DNA from: an uncultured Faecalibacterium sp.
GTDB taxonomy: Bacteria; Bacillota; Clostridia; Christensenellales; Aristaeellaceae
Direction of reading: 5' to 3'
NCBI GenBank assembly: GCA_964391995.1
Contig: CAYMOM010000001.1
Span: forward strand, 1 to 52,885
Length of the DNA: 52,885 nucleotides
Positions 36,234 through 44,562 of this stretch are shown piece by piece. How positions within the stretch are numbered: the first letter of the stretch is position 1; each line of letters starts with the position of its first letter. Under the pieces are notes generated by a model, which did no database searches, had not been told where the DNA came from, and was given only the letters and a program-made list of their open reading frames with translations. A program made the position numbers and the translations under genes.

Positions 36234-36332
36234 TCACCCGTCTATCTGAAAGCCCATCGAAGTTTGGACACGCAAACGCATGCACATGCTGCACATGCGC
36301 ATCATCATGGACATCATAGCGGTCTTCTTCAT
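36234..36332 (-). CDS. Candidate Met/Cys-rich leader peptide (32 codons, 10 Met, 2 Cys)
   Basis: Own translation: SD AAAGGAAAGGGGAAAG; ATG 36332; MKKTAMMSMMMRMCSMCMRLRVQTSMGFQIDG; TGA 36236..36234. Sits between a near-consensus promoter and an intrinsic terminator, upstream of metQNI. Confidence 0.45.
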   Translation of the reverse strand: MKKTAMMSMMMRMCSMCMRLRVQTSMGFQIDG

Positions 36333-36364
36333 GGTGCTTTCCCCTTTCCTTTGGTGATGGGCAC

Positions 36365-36393
36365 ATCATACCACACTCCCGGCGGCATGTCAA
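36365..36393 (-). promoter_or_regulatory. Near-consensus sigma-A promoter of the met leader
   Basis: Minus strand: TTGACA (36393..36388), 17 nt, TATGAT (36370..36365), with an extended TGTGG immediately upstream of the -10. Confidence 0.65.
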
Positions 36394-36473
36394 CTGTTTC
36401 TTGCAAAAACCGATTGTTTTTCTATTGTTCTTCCCAATCGTCCGGGAAACGCCCGGCAGCGGCGGGGTATGCC

Positions 36474-36508
36474 GAAAAAGCAGGCCTGCTGCATTGGCGC
36501 AGCAGGCC
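36474..36508 (-). terminator. Rho-independent terminator after SH3-repeat gene
   Basis: Minus strand: GGCCTGCTGC-gccaat-GCAGCAGGCC followed by TGCTTTTTCGG. Confidence 0.8.
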
Positions 36509-36515
36509 ACAGGGT

Positions 36516-38531
36516 TTATAGATCGGTGGTGGTAGCCACGCTGGTGGAGAGCACCGTGCAAACATTGCTTTCCACCTGGCCGGTATAGCCGCTGCCGGCG
36601 GCAGGAAGGACGATCAGCTTGATTTCCTTGCCCTCCATGTCCTTGGTAACGGTCAGGGTGCTGGCGGTGGAAACCTCCGTGCCGCCCACATACCAGTGGA
36701 AGGTGATGCTGGGGCAATTGACGGAAATGGTGGGTTTCAGCGTCACGCCGGGCAGCAGGGCGGAGAAGTTCAGGCTGACGGTGCCGGTGATGGCTTTCTC
36801 CTCCGCAGCGGCAGCCTTGACGGGTGCCGTCTTGGCGCTGGTCACAACGCCGGTGCAGCCGTTGGCGCCGGTGGCCTCTACCCAAAGGGCAAAGCCCAGA
36901 TCGCCCGTCTGGACGGTATAGGCCTTGGCGGTGCCCACCACAGCGCCATCGCCACGGATCCAGCGATAGGTAGCGGTAGTGCCGCTGGGCTGCAGGTTAG
37001 CCGTCAGGGTCTGGCCCACAGCAGGTGTGGTGCTGTCAATGGTCACACCCGTCAGGGGAGCAATGGTGGAGGCATTCTGCACCACGGCATAGGCGCTGGT
37101 GGCGCTGCCGCTGTAGCCATTGGTTCCGGTGACGCGCACGCGGATGCGCAGGCCCACATCGTCCGCCTTCAGGGTCAGGGTGGAGGTGGTTGCCAGCAGC
37201 AGGCCGTTGTCGGTCATCCATTCATAGGTCACATTGGCGCCAGTGGGCGTCACATTGGCCCACAGGGTATCGCCAGGGGCAGGAACAGCGCTGCTGAGGG
37301 TAACGCCGGTCACGGCCTGGGTGCCGGGCACAACGGTGGTCAGGTACTGGTTCATCATGTAGCCTTCCCGGGTGCCGATGCGAACACGGTCCCAGGTGGC
37401 GTTGTGCTTGAGCACCGTTACCTGGGTGCCCACGCCGTAGAAGCCGATGGCGGAATAGGACTTGCCGGCACCGCTGCGCAGGTACACGCCCTTGCCATTT
37501 TCACTGGTGACATAAGCGGTGTAGTTGTCACCGGCGGTACCGCCGCCGCCGGAAGGCTGCTTGACGGTCAGGAATTTGCTCATCATGTAGCCCTTTACGC
37601 CGTTGATTTCAATCCGGTTCCAGTCGCCCACCTGGCCCAGCACGGTGCAGCTGGTGCCCACGGGATACTGGGCCAGCACCTGGCTGCCCGTGGTGGCCAT
37701 GGCGCGCAGGTTCACACCCTTGCCGTTTGCGCTGGTAACATAGGCGGTATAGGTGACAAAGCCTGTTGTGCCGCTGCCGGAACCGCTGCCGGTGCCGGGG
37801 GCGGTGGTGGTCAGGAAGCAGCTCATCATATAGCCGGTTTTGCCGGAAACACGGATGCGGCTCCAGTTGTCGGAAACGCTCATAACGCTGACCTGGGTGC
37901 CCACAGGATAGGAGGCAATGGTGGCATACCCGGTGCCGGCACCGCTGCGCATGCGCACGCTCTTGCCGTTTTCACTGGTGACATAGGCGGTGTAGTCCGT
38001 ATCGCCGGTGCCCGGAGTGATGGGCGTGGAAGGCGTGGCGGGCGCGGTGGTGGTGAGGAACTCCGCCATCATGTAGCCCTTTTGCCCGTTGACGCTGATG
38101 TAGTGCCAATAGGTGCCGGCGGTGATGATGGTAACCTTGGTGCCCACGGCAAACTGGGCAGCAACGCCATACCCGGTACCGGGGCCGGTGCGCATGCGCA
38201 CACCCTTGCCATTCTTGCTGGTGACATAGGCTGTAACATCAGCCGTGCTGCCGGAGCCTTCTGAGCTGGCAGTCAGGTAGGTGCCGTACATGTAGCCCAC
38301 CTTGTTGTCCGGTGTGCGGACGTAATACCAGGCACCCTTGGTGCTCAGCACGGTGACGGTGGTGCCGGTATAGTAGCTGGAAATGGTGTCGCCGCTGAAG
38401 GAAGCCTCGTCCCTCAGGCGCAGCCAGCCGCCCTTGACCTTCATGGTCAGGGTAGCGGCCTGGGCCTGCTGTGCGGGCAGGGTGCCCACCAGCAGAAGCA
38501 GTGCCAAACAGAGTGCCGCAATACGTTTCAT
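36516..38531 (-). CDS. Secreted protein with six bacterial SH3 (SH3_3-like) repeats and three C-terminal Ig-like repeats
   Basis: ORF-track 36516..38549 trimmed to M7 (MKRIAALCLALLLLVGTLPAQQAQA...), after SD GGAGGA. Six units of the form YVTS.NGKGV.LR.G.G.......Y.VGT.V.V......W..I...G..GYMM..FLTT, followed by three roughly 85-aa repeats. Confidence 0.75.
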   Translation of the reverse strand: MKRIAALCLALLLLVGTLPAQQAQAATLTMKVKGGWLRLRDEASFSGDTISSYYTGTTVTVLSTKGAWYYVRTPDNKVGYMYGTYLTASSEGSGSTADVTAYVTSKNGKGVRMRTGPGTGYGVAAQFAVGTKVTIITAGTYWHYISVNGQKGYMMAEFLTTTAPATPSTPITPGTGDTDYTAYVTSENGKSVRMRSGAGTGYATIASYPVGTQVSVMSVSDNWSRIRVSGKTGYMMSCFLTTTAPGTGSGSGSGTTGFVTYTAYVTSANGKGVNLRAMATTGSQVLAQYPVGTSCTVLGQVGDWNRIEINGVKGYMMSKFLTVKQPSGGGGTAGDNYTAYVTSENGKGVYLRSGAGKSYSAIGFYGVGTQVTVLKHNATWDRVRIGTREGYMMNQYLTTVVPGTQAVTGVTLSSAVPAPGDTLWANVTPTGANVTYEWMTDNGLLLATTSTLTLKADDVGLRIRVRVTGTNGYSGSATSAYAVVQNASTIAPLTGVTIDSTTPAVGQTLTANLQPSGTTATYRWIRGDGAVVGTAKAYTVQTGDLGFALWVEATGANGCTGVVTSAKTAPVKAAAAEEKAITGTVSLNFSALLPGVTLKPTISVNCPSITFHWYVGGTEVSTASTLTVTKDMEGKEIKLIVLPAAGSGYTGQVESNVCTVLSTSVATTTDL

Positions 38532-38554
38532 GGTTCCATCCTCCATCAAAAGGT

Positions 38555-39346
38555 TTAGCCGTTGCCCGCCTCGCTTACGGAGAAGGAGTTGAGCATATAG
38601 TCACCATAGAGCATAAAGTCCTTGATTAAGTTCTCGTCATAGCGCAGTTCGGCCTGGTAGATGCTTTCCTCCGTGGCCAGCACCATGTACACCAGGCATT
38701 GGCCATCGGCAGCGGCCTTCAGCTGGCCTGCACCGATATATTCATCAATATTCGTTTCCGCGCCGGATGTTTCCTGCTTTTTGGCGGCAAGAATTTCTTC
38801 GGTGGAAAGTCCCCGGGGGTTTTCCAGCTGCTCCGCCAGGAAGGAAGCGCCCTCAATCTTGCCGGAAATGCCGCCTTCCGTGAAGGTGATGCTCTCCTCC
38901 CCAAAGACTGCGGGATACTGAATGGAGAAGCCCGCCGCGGCGTATTCCGTCATGGTAGCGGTAAAGTAGTCCTGGGCGGCCTGTTCCATCTCCCACTCCG
39001 CATCCAGGGCGAAGGATGTTACCTGCCAGCCTTCCTGGGCCTTGCGCAGCTCCACCACGGCCCGCTGGTCAAGCCACTGCACCTGGGCGTATTGCTCCGG
39101 GGTCAGCTTTTCCAGCTGATCCTCCGCCAGGTACACATCCCCCAGCAGGCGCAGGGCATCGCCGTCCTCATTCCAGTCCACCGCCATGGTACGAACGCCA
39201 CAGTAGCGGGTGTCGCCGTCCTTGCGCAGGGCCTGGGCCGCTGCGGCATCCACCAGGGGAAGAAGGGTCTCCACCGGGGTTTCCTCCGCCAGGGCGGCGG
39301 ACACCATCAGGGCCAGTGTCAGCAAAAGTGCCAGCCATTTTTTCAT
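38555..39346 (-). CDS. Hypothetical secreted protein
   Basis: ORF track. Signal peptide MKKWLALLLTLALMVSAALAEE. SD AAAGGGGGA. No family recognised. Confidence 0.55.
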   Translation of the reverse strand: MKKWLALLLTLALMVSAALAEETPVETLLPLVDAAAAQALRKDGDTRYCGVRTMAVDWNEDGDALRLLGDVYLAEDQLEKLTPEQYAQVQWLDQRAVVELRKAQEGWQVTSFALDAEWEMEQAAQDYFTATMTEYAAAGFSIQYPAVFGEESITFTEGGISGKIEGASFLAEQLENPRGLSTEEILAAKKQETSGAETNIDEYIGAGQLKAAADGQCLVYMVLATEESIYQAELRYDENLIKDFMLYGDYMLNSFSVSEAGNG

Positions 39347-39444
39347 GGGTCATCCCCCTTTGTCATTGGTTTCTGAACATACAACGAAGAATGAGCGAAT
39401 ATTCTTCCAGCCCCATTGCTTTTTTGTAAATATCGGGCGGCACT

Positions 39445-39645
39445 TTACGGATTTTCGTCAAACAGGGTGCACCCCATCTGCCTGAAGTGGCGGATGCGCT
39501 CCTCAATGTCCTCCGGCTGCACCTCAAAGCGGCGGGCCAGGCAGTCCACACAGAAGAATGCGGTTGCGCCCCGGTTAACCAGTTTCTTGGTCACAGCCAC
39601 CTCATCGCGGCTCAGCGGCCTGCCGCAGGCGGCGCAGTGCTCCAT
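39445..39645 (-). CDS. Small CxxC...CxxC zinc-ribbon-like protein (66 aa)
   Basis: ORF track. MEHCAACGRPL...FFCVDCLARRF. Its ATG overlaps the alpha-galactosidase TAA by 1 nt (TAATG). Confidence 0.5.
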   Translation of the reverse strand: MEHCAACGRPLSRDEVAVTKKLVNRGATAFFCVDCLARRFEVQPEDIEERIRHFRQMGCTLFDENP

Positions 39646-40820
39646 TACAGGTTCACCAGCCTGGCCAGCAGAATGCGGCAGCCGTGGGCGGGCACCACCA
39701 GGTTGTAATAGTCCCGCACCTGGCCCAGTTCCTGGCCGGTGATGGCGTCAGTCAGGGCCAGCGCCACCCGGGAGCCATAGGGCAGGCCCGCATCGGCAAA
39801 GGTGAAGGGCACCTCGCCGGGCTTGGGTGCAAAGTTGAAGTAGCCAATGGCAAATTCATGGTCGCTCAGGTGCTTGAACATGGTCAGGCCGGTATCCGGG
39901 TATTCCTCCCAGCCGCCGGGCACATCGGGCCCGTTGTAGATCACCCGTCCCCTGTAGGCAATGTAGGGCGGGCGGCATTCGCTGTCCTGGTTGATGCGCA
40001 GCAGGTTTCTGTTCAGCACCAGGGCATGGCAGAAATCGTTCATGCTGCGCACATCGCCGCCCAGCATCAGGGGTGCGCCCAGCATGCACCACAGGGCAAA
40101 CTGGGTCTGATACTCCTCATCGGTGCAGGCCTGGCCCAGGGCCACATTGCCTTTGCCGTACATGCCCACGGTGAGCATATCAATATCGTTGTAGCAATCG
40201 TGACCGGACATGCAGAAATTTTCCACCTGGGAGCGGGCAATCTCGGAGAAGGACTTGAAGTTATCCTGAATGTCGCCAGTGGAGCGGTACATATGGGCGC
40301 CCAGGGATTTCATCCACGTCCAGGGTTTGTCGCTGCCCCAGTTGCAGGCGGCAAAGAGAATATCCCGCCCGGAGGCCTTCAGCGCCATGGACATGGTGGC
40401 ATAGCGGTTCATGCCGTCAGCGCTGGCGGGAAAGTTGCAAAAGTCGTACTTCAGGTAGTCCACACCCCACTGGGCAAAGGTTTTCGCGTCCACAAATTCA
40501 TGGTCGAAGGAGGAGGGATACCCGGCGCAGGTGCGCACGCCGGCACAGGAGTACATGCCAAACTTGAACCCCAGGGAGTGGACGTAATCCGCCAAGGCCT
40601 TCATGCCGTGGGGGAACTTCTCCGGGTCGGGCACCAGACGCCCGTTCTCGTCCCGCTCCTTCAGGCACCAGCAGTCGTCAATCACAATGTAATCATACCC
40701 GGCTTCCAGGTAGCCCTTTTCCTTCATGGTGCGGGCGGTGGAGCGAATCAGCTCGTCGGAAATATTGCTGCCAAAGGTATTCCAGCTATTCCACCCCATG
40801 GGCGGCGTTAAAAGTTTCAT
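39645..40820 (-). CDS. Alpha-galactosidase, glycoside hydrolase family 27
   Basis: ORF track. PPMGWNSWN, IVIDDCW (nucleophile Asp region), YLKYDFCN, C-terminal beta-sandwich. SD AAGGAGG with 8-nt spacing. No signal peptide. Confidence 0.9.
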   Translation of the reverse strand: MKLLTPPMGWNSWNTFGSNISDELIRSTARTMKEKGYLEAGYDYIVIDDCWCLKERDENGRLVPDPEKFPHGMKALADYVHSLGFKFGMYSCAGVRTCAGYPSSFDHEFVDAKTFAQWGVDYLKYDFCNFPASADGMNRYATMSMALKASGRDILFAACNWGSDKPWTWMKSLGAHMYRSTGDIQDNFKSFSEIARSQVENFCMSGHDCYNDIDMLTVGMYGKGNVALGQACTDEEYQTQFALWCMLGAPLMLGGDVRSMNDFCHALVLNRNLLRINQDSECRPPYIAYRGRVIYNGPDVPGGWEEYPDTGLTMFKHLSDHEFAIGYFNFAPKPGEVPFTFADAGLPYGSRVALALTDAITGQELGQVRDYYNLVVPAHGCRILLARLVNL

Positions 40821-40882
40821 CTATGGAACCTCCTTGCTGATGTTGCCTTCATTGTAACACAAACCAGGAAAGAATACCAGAC

Positions 40883-40914
40883 AAAAAACCTGCACGCCAC
40901 AGGAACGTGCAGGC
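40883..40914 (-). terminator. Rho-independent terminator after L,D-transpeptidase gene
   Basis: Minus strand: CCTGCACG-ttcctgtgg-CGTGCAGG followed by TTTTTTG. Confidence 0.8.
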
Positions 40915-40919
40915 GGATG

Positions 40920-42635
40920 TTAAGTTTCCGGCGTGGGGATGGGCACTTCAGTGGGTTCAGGGGTGGGTGTAGCCAGCTCCTGGGCGTAGAGCAGCTCCAG
41001 GGTCTTCACACTGGCAACCCCATCGGCAGAAAGGCCGTTATCCTTCTGGAAGGCCTTCACGGCGTTGACGGTGCCAGCCAGGTAGGTGCCGGAGCACTTG
41101 CCGCTGTAGTAGCCCAGGGCCGTCAGCTTTTTCTGCATCCAGTAAACGGCCTCGGAGGAATCGCCCTTCTTCAGCTTGGTCAGGGGCTGGGGCGGCTGTG
41201 CGCCGGGGACATAGATAGGCTCTGCCGTGGGCTGGGGCGTTTCCTTGGGCAGCATGTTCTTGTAGTTCAGCTCGGGCACAGCCAGTGAGGCCACCAGCTC
41301 CGGGTCAGCCGGCAGATCCTCGGTAATGGTCACCACGGTGCCCTGGCCGCAATTGTTGAAAATCCACTTGGCATCGGCCACCGTCAGGCGGATGCAGCCA
41401 TGGGAGGCACGCTTGCCCAGGTTTTTGTAGCTCTTCACAGACAAGTCCATGGTGTCCACCGTGTTGTAGATCACGGAGTGGAAGGCGATGGAAGCGTTGA
41501 TCTTCGTCCAGTACTGGGCATAGCTGCCCCAGGTGGGGAAGTAGCACCACCGGGCCGTGCGGCCGGAAAGCACCCAATCGCCCACATCGCTGGGGTTTTT
41601 CTTGGTGCCGGTGGAGCACAGCATCTGCCGGATAACCACGGTGTAATCGCCGTTTTCATCCCTGCCGTACACGGTGGTAACCTGGTTGGTCACATCCACA
41701 GTGATGGCAAAGGGTACAGGGGTGGGCGTGGGGGTAGGTCTGGGTGTATCCTCCGGGCCGATGATGTCAGCCGTATTGAAAAGCATGTTCCAGGTTTCCT
41801 GGCCCACAATGCTGTCTGCCTTCAGGCCGTTCTGGGTCTGGAAGGCCTTCACGGCATTGGCGGTGTGGCCCAGGAAATTGCCGCTGATAGGTCCGGTGTA
41901 GTAGCCCAGCTCCGTCAGGCGCTCCTGCAGCTGCTTCACCAGGGTGCCGGTGGAGTTCCGGGCCAGCTGCTTTTTGTAGGGCACCTCAGGCGCAGGGGTG
42001 GGCGTCAGCAGGCTTTCGTCCTCCACCACCTGAAAGGACAGGCTGTCCAGGTCGGGCACATCCGGCTCCGGGGTGGTTTCCACCACCGCATGGGCAGAAA
42101 GGGCGCCGCCGCCATACAAAAGGGCCTGGGTGTCCACATCCGCTTCGCCGGTGGCAGTTTCGCCCATTTTCTGCTGAAACTCCTTCACGGCGTTCCGGGT
42201 GCTGTCCAGGTAGTTGCCAGTGATTTTGCCGGTGTAGTAGCCCAGCTCCGTCAGGCGGGTCTGCAGGCGCTTCACATCCTCGCCGGAGGCACCGTAGGCC
42301 AGGGGGCGATACAGGGCAGCAAACAGCTCCGCCTGGGTTTTCGCATCGGCAATGCCGTTGCTTTCCAGGCCGAAATCCACCTGGAAGGCCTTGATGGCAG
42401 CCTGGGTGCTTTCACCATAGGTGCCGGAAATGCTGCCCTCGTAATAGTTCAGGTCAGCCAGGCGCTGCTGTAGCTCGCTGACATCGGCGCCCTCGTCCCC
42501 CAAGGCCAGCAGCCGGCTTTCGGTGCTTTCCAGCAGCACATGGCCCTCGTCATCCATGGGCACCATGTCCCCTTCGCCCAGGGCCAGGCAGGGCAGCAGC
42601 AGGCAAACCAGCGCAAGAAAAAGAAAGTGTTTCAT
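40920..42635 (-). CDS. L,D-transpeptidase (YkuD domain) with multiple PG_binding_1 repeats
   Basis: ORF-track 40920..42665 trimmed to M11 (MKHFLFLALVCLLLPCLALGEG...). Five units of the form LQ.RL..LGYY.G...G.....T..AVK.FQ. Catalytic SHGCIRL. Confidence 0.85.
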   Translation of the reverse strand: MKHFLFLALVCLLLPCLALGEGDMVPMDDEGHVLLESTESRLLALGDEGADVSELQQRLADLNYYEGSISGTYGESTQAAIKAFQVDFGLESNGIADAKTQAELFAALYRPLAYGASGEDVKRLQTRLTELGYYTGKITGNYLDSTRNAVKEFQQKMGETATGEADVDTQALLYGGGALSAHAVVETTPEPDVPDLDSLSFQVVEDESLLTPTPAPEVPYKKQLARNSTGTLVKQLQERLTELGYYTGPISGNFLGHTANAVKAFQTQNGLKADSIVGQETWNMLFNTADIIGPEDTPRPTPTPTPVPFAITVDVTNQVTTVYGRDENGDYTVVIRQMLCSTGTKKNPSDVGDWVLSGRTARWCYFPTWGSYAQYWTKINASIAFHSVIYNTVDTMDLSVKSYKNLGKRASHGCIRLTVADAKWIFNNCGQGTVVTITEDLPADPELVASLAVPELNYKNMLPKETPQPTAEPIYVPGAQPPQPLTKLKKGDSSEAVYWMQKKLTALGYYSGKCSGTYLAGTVNAVKAFQKDNGLSADGVASVKTLELLYAQELATPTPEPTEVPIPTPET

Positions 42636-42668
42636 ATCGTCACCCCGGTTGGAAAATCGCATCAACTT

Positions 42669-42697
42669 ATTATAGTAGCACCGTTCAAATATTGCAA
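42669..42697 (-). promoter_or_regulatory. Sigma-A type promoter of the L,D-transpeptidase gene
   Basis: Minus strand: TTGCAA (42697..42692), 17 nt, TATAAT (42674..42669), about 34 nt upstream of ATG 42635. Confidence 0.55.
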
Positions 42698-42781
42698 GAG
42701 TTTTGCAGAACTTTTACAGAAAAAGCAGTATTTCCAGCATCCCAGCCCGCAGCAGACGGGTGCTCCCCTGCCCTTTTGCGT

Positions 42782-42831
42782 AAAAAAGGCGCCCCGCTTG
42801 CAGGCATACCGGCTGCTGCAAACGGGGCGCC
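42782..42831 (-). terminator. Rho-independent terminator ending the Opp-like operon
   Basis: Minus strand: GGCGCCCCG-(26 nt with inner TTGCAG/CTGCAA stem)-CGGGGCGCC followed by TTTTTTA. Confidence 0.7.
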
Positions 42832-42857
42832 GTATTTTGCTGTTCAGCGCGAACGCT

Positions 42858-43274
42858 TTACATGCTGAAACCGCTGTAATAGGCCGTGCTCCAGTAACAG
42901 GACAGGGCGATTCCGATGGCAAGGAAGGCCAGCCCGGGCAACAGCACATAGCGCACGCCGCCCTTTTTGGCCTTAGCCATCTTGCGCGCCCGGTAATCAG
43001 CATAGACTTCATGCTTTGCCCGGCCCATGGGGATCAGGGAAAGGACAGCATTTCGGATGACAAACCCAATACCGATCAGCCCACCCTCGCCGCTGATAAA
43101 CATCATGCCCGCAAAGAGCGTCATCAGCACACCCGGAACAAAGAAGGCATCGGCCAGAATCTGCACGTTGACCGATGGGCTTTCGCTGAAAAACCCCTTG
43201 GACATAACCACCAGGAAGGCCATCAGCAACTCAACGCCAATGCTGACCGCGTATTTTTTCCATGATGCTTTCAT
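42858..43274 (-). CDS. Small membrane protein (DUF3899-like)
   Basis: ORF track. Three or four hydrophobic helices. Follows the oppF-like gene by 31 nt with no intervening terminator. Confidence 0.55.
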   Translation of the reverse strand: MKASWKKYAVSIGVELLMAFLVVMSKGFFSESPSVNVQILADAFFVPGVLMTLFAGMMFISGEGGLIGIGFVIRNAVLSLIPMGRAKHEVYADYRARKMAKAKKGGVRYVLLPGLAFLAIGIALSCYWSTAYYSGFSM

Positions 43275-43305
43275 CGTCTGTTCACTGCTCCTGTCCGCTG
43301 CCCAG

Positions 43306-44562
43306 TTACTTCAGCTGCTGCCGGTATTTCGCCTCTTCCGCATCATTGCAGTTCACGAAATGGCCGGGAGCAATCTCCCGGAAGGAGGGCTTATCCACGG
43401 AATAATCATGCTCCGCAATGGGGTTATAGATGATTCTCGTGCGCTTCTTCTCATACACCGGATCGGGCAGCGGGATGGCGGAAAGAAGGGATTTGGTATA
43501 GGGATGCAGCGGATTTCTGAAAAGCTCGTCCGAATCCGCCAGCTCCACCATCTTGCCAAAGTACATCACGCCGATCCGGTCGGAGAAATACTTGACCACC
43601 GAAAGATCGTGGGCAATGAAAAGGATGGTCAGGCCCAGGCGCTCTCTCAGGTCGTTGAGCAGGTTGATTACCTGCGCCTGAATGGACACGTCCAGCGCGG
43701 AAACAGGCTCATCGGCAATGATCATTTCGGGCTGCATGATCACCGCCCGGGCAATGCCGATGCGCTGGCGCTGACCGCCGGAGAACTCGTGGGGATAGCG
43801 ATCCGCATGCTCGCGCACCAGGCCTGCCATCTCCAGAATCTCATAGACCTTTTCGTTGATGTAGTCCTTATCGGTAATGCCCTTGATGACCAGGCCTTCG
43901 GCAATAATGTCGCGGACGGTCATGCGGGGATCCAGCGAGGCGATGGGATCCTGGAAGATCATCTGGATCTGTGTAATCAGCTTGGTGTTCTTGGCCACGC
44001 GGCAGCGATTCTGATATTCGCTCTTCAGCTGCTTCAGCTTTTCAGGATCATTGGCAGCGGCCTTCAGCTTGGGGGTATATTCATCCTCCAGTTCCTTGAG
44101 CAGGGTGGCCACGTGCCGCTTGTCCACATCCTTATTGCTGGCCTTGGCCTCCCGGATCAGGGCGCGGTTTTCGGCAATGATCCTGTCCCGCTCCTCCTGA
44201 ATCTTTTTAATTTCAGCCTGCACCTGGGGCTTTTTGGCGGCATCCGCCTTTGCTTCGCTCTGAAGCTCCTTGATCCTGGCGGAGGCATCGGCCCGGGCGG
44301 TGGCGATGGCATCCTGATAGGAGCGGATGCCGGCGCTGATGCGCTCGCCCTTAAAGTAAACATTGCCGGAGGTAATGTCATACAGCTTGATGATGGAGCG
44401 TCCGGTCGTGGTCTTGCCGCAGCCGGATTCACCCACCAGGCCGAAGGATTCACCCTTCCTGATCTCAAAGCTCACATCATCCACGGCCTTCAGATCCTTG
44501 CGGCCCAGACGAAAATACTGGCAAAGGTGATCCACCTTCAGAAGTACTTCACGATTCTCCAT
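43306..44562 (-). CDS. Oligopeptide-type ABC transporter ATP-binding protein (OppF-like) with about 110-aa coiled-coil-like insertion
   Basis: ORF track. Walker [11 protein letters not shown]-loop QMIFQDP, signature FSGGQRQR, Walker [12 protein letters not shown]. The K/E/A-rich insert ([25 protein letters not shown]...[12 protein letters not shown]) lies between Walker A and the Q-loop. Confidence 0.85.
   Translation of the reverse strand: MENREVLLKVDHLCQYFRLGRKDLKAVDDVSFEIRKGESFGLVGESGCGKTTTGRSIIKLYDITSGNVYFKGERISAGIRSYQDAIATARADASARIKELQSEAKADAAKKPQVQAEIKKIQEERDRIIAENRALIREAKASNKDVDKRHVATLLKELEDEYTPKLKAAANDPEKLKQLKSEYQNRCRVAKNTKLITQIQMIFQDPIASLDPRMTVRDIIAEGLVIKGITDKDYINEKVYEILEMAGLVREHADRYPHEFSGGQRQRIGIARAVIMQPEMIIADEPVSALDVSIQAQVINLLNDLRERLGLTILFIAHDLSVVKYFSDRIGVMYFGKMVELADSDELFRNPLHPYTKSLLSAIPLPDPVYEKKRTRIIYNPIAEHDYSVDKPSFREIAPGHFVNCNDAEEAKYRQQLK

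Noticed and set aside
36022-36360. S-box (SAM-I) riboswitch, other SAM riboswitch classes, or a Met T-box upstream of metQNI.
   Set aside because: I looked for the conserved SAM-I core strings and for the T-box AGGGUGGNACCGCG-type sequence with a specifier loop, and found none by eye. This is a visual check only, so a cmscan is still needed.
36210-36521. Plus-strand 103-aa ORF with a His-rich stretch (THAHAAHAHHHGHHSG) across the met leader.
   Set aside because: It is the reverse-complement reading of the AUG run (CAT repeats). It has no SD. The promoter, SD and terminator signals are all on the minus strand.
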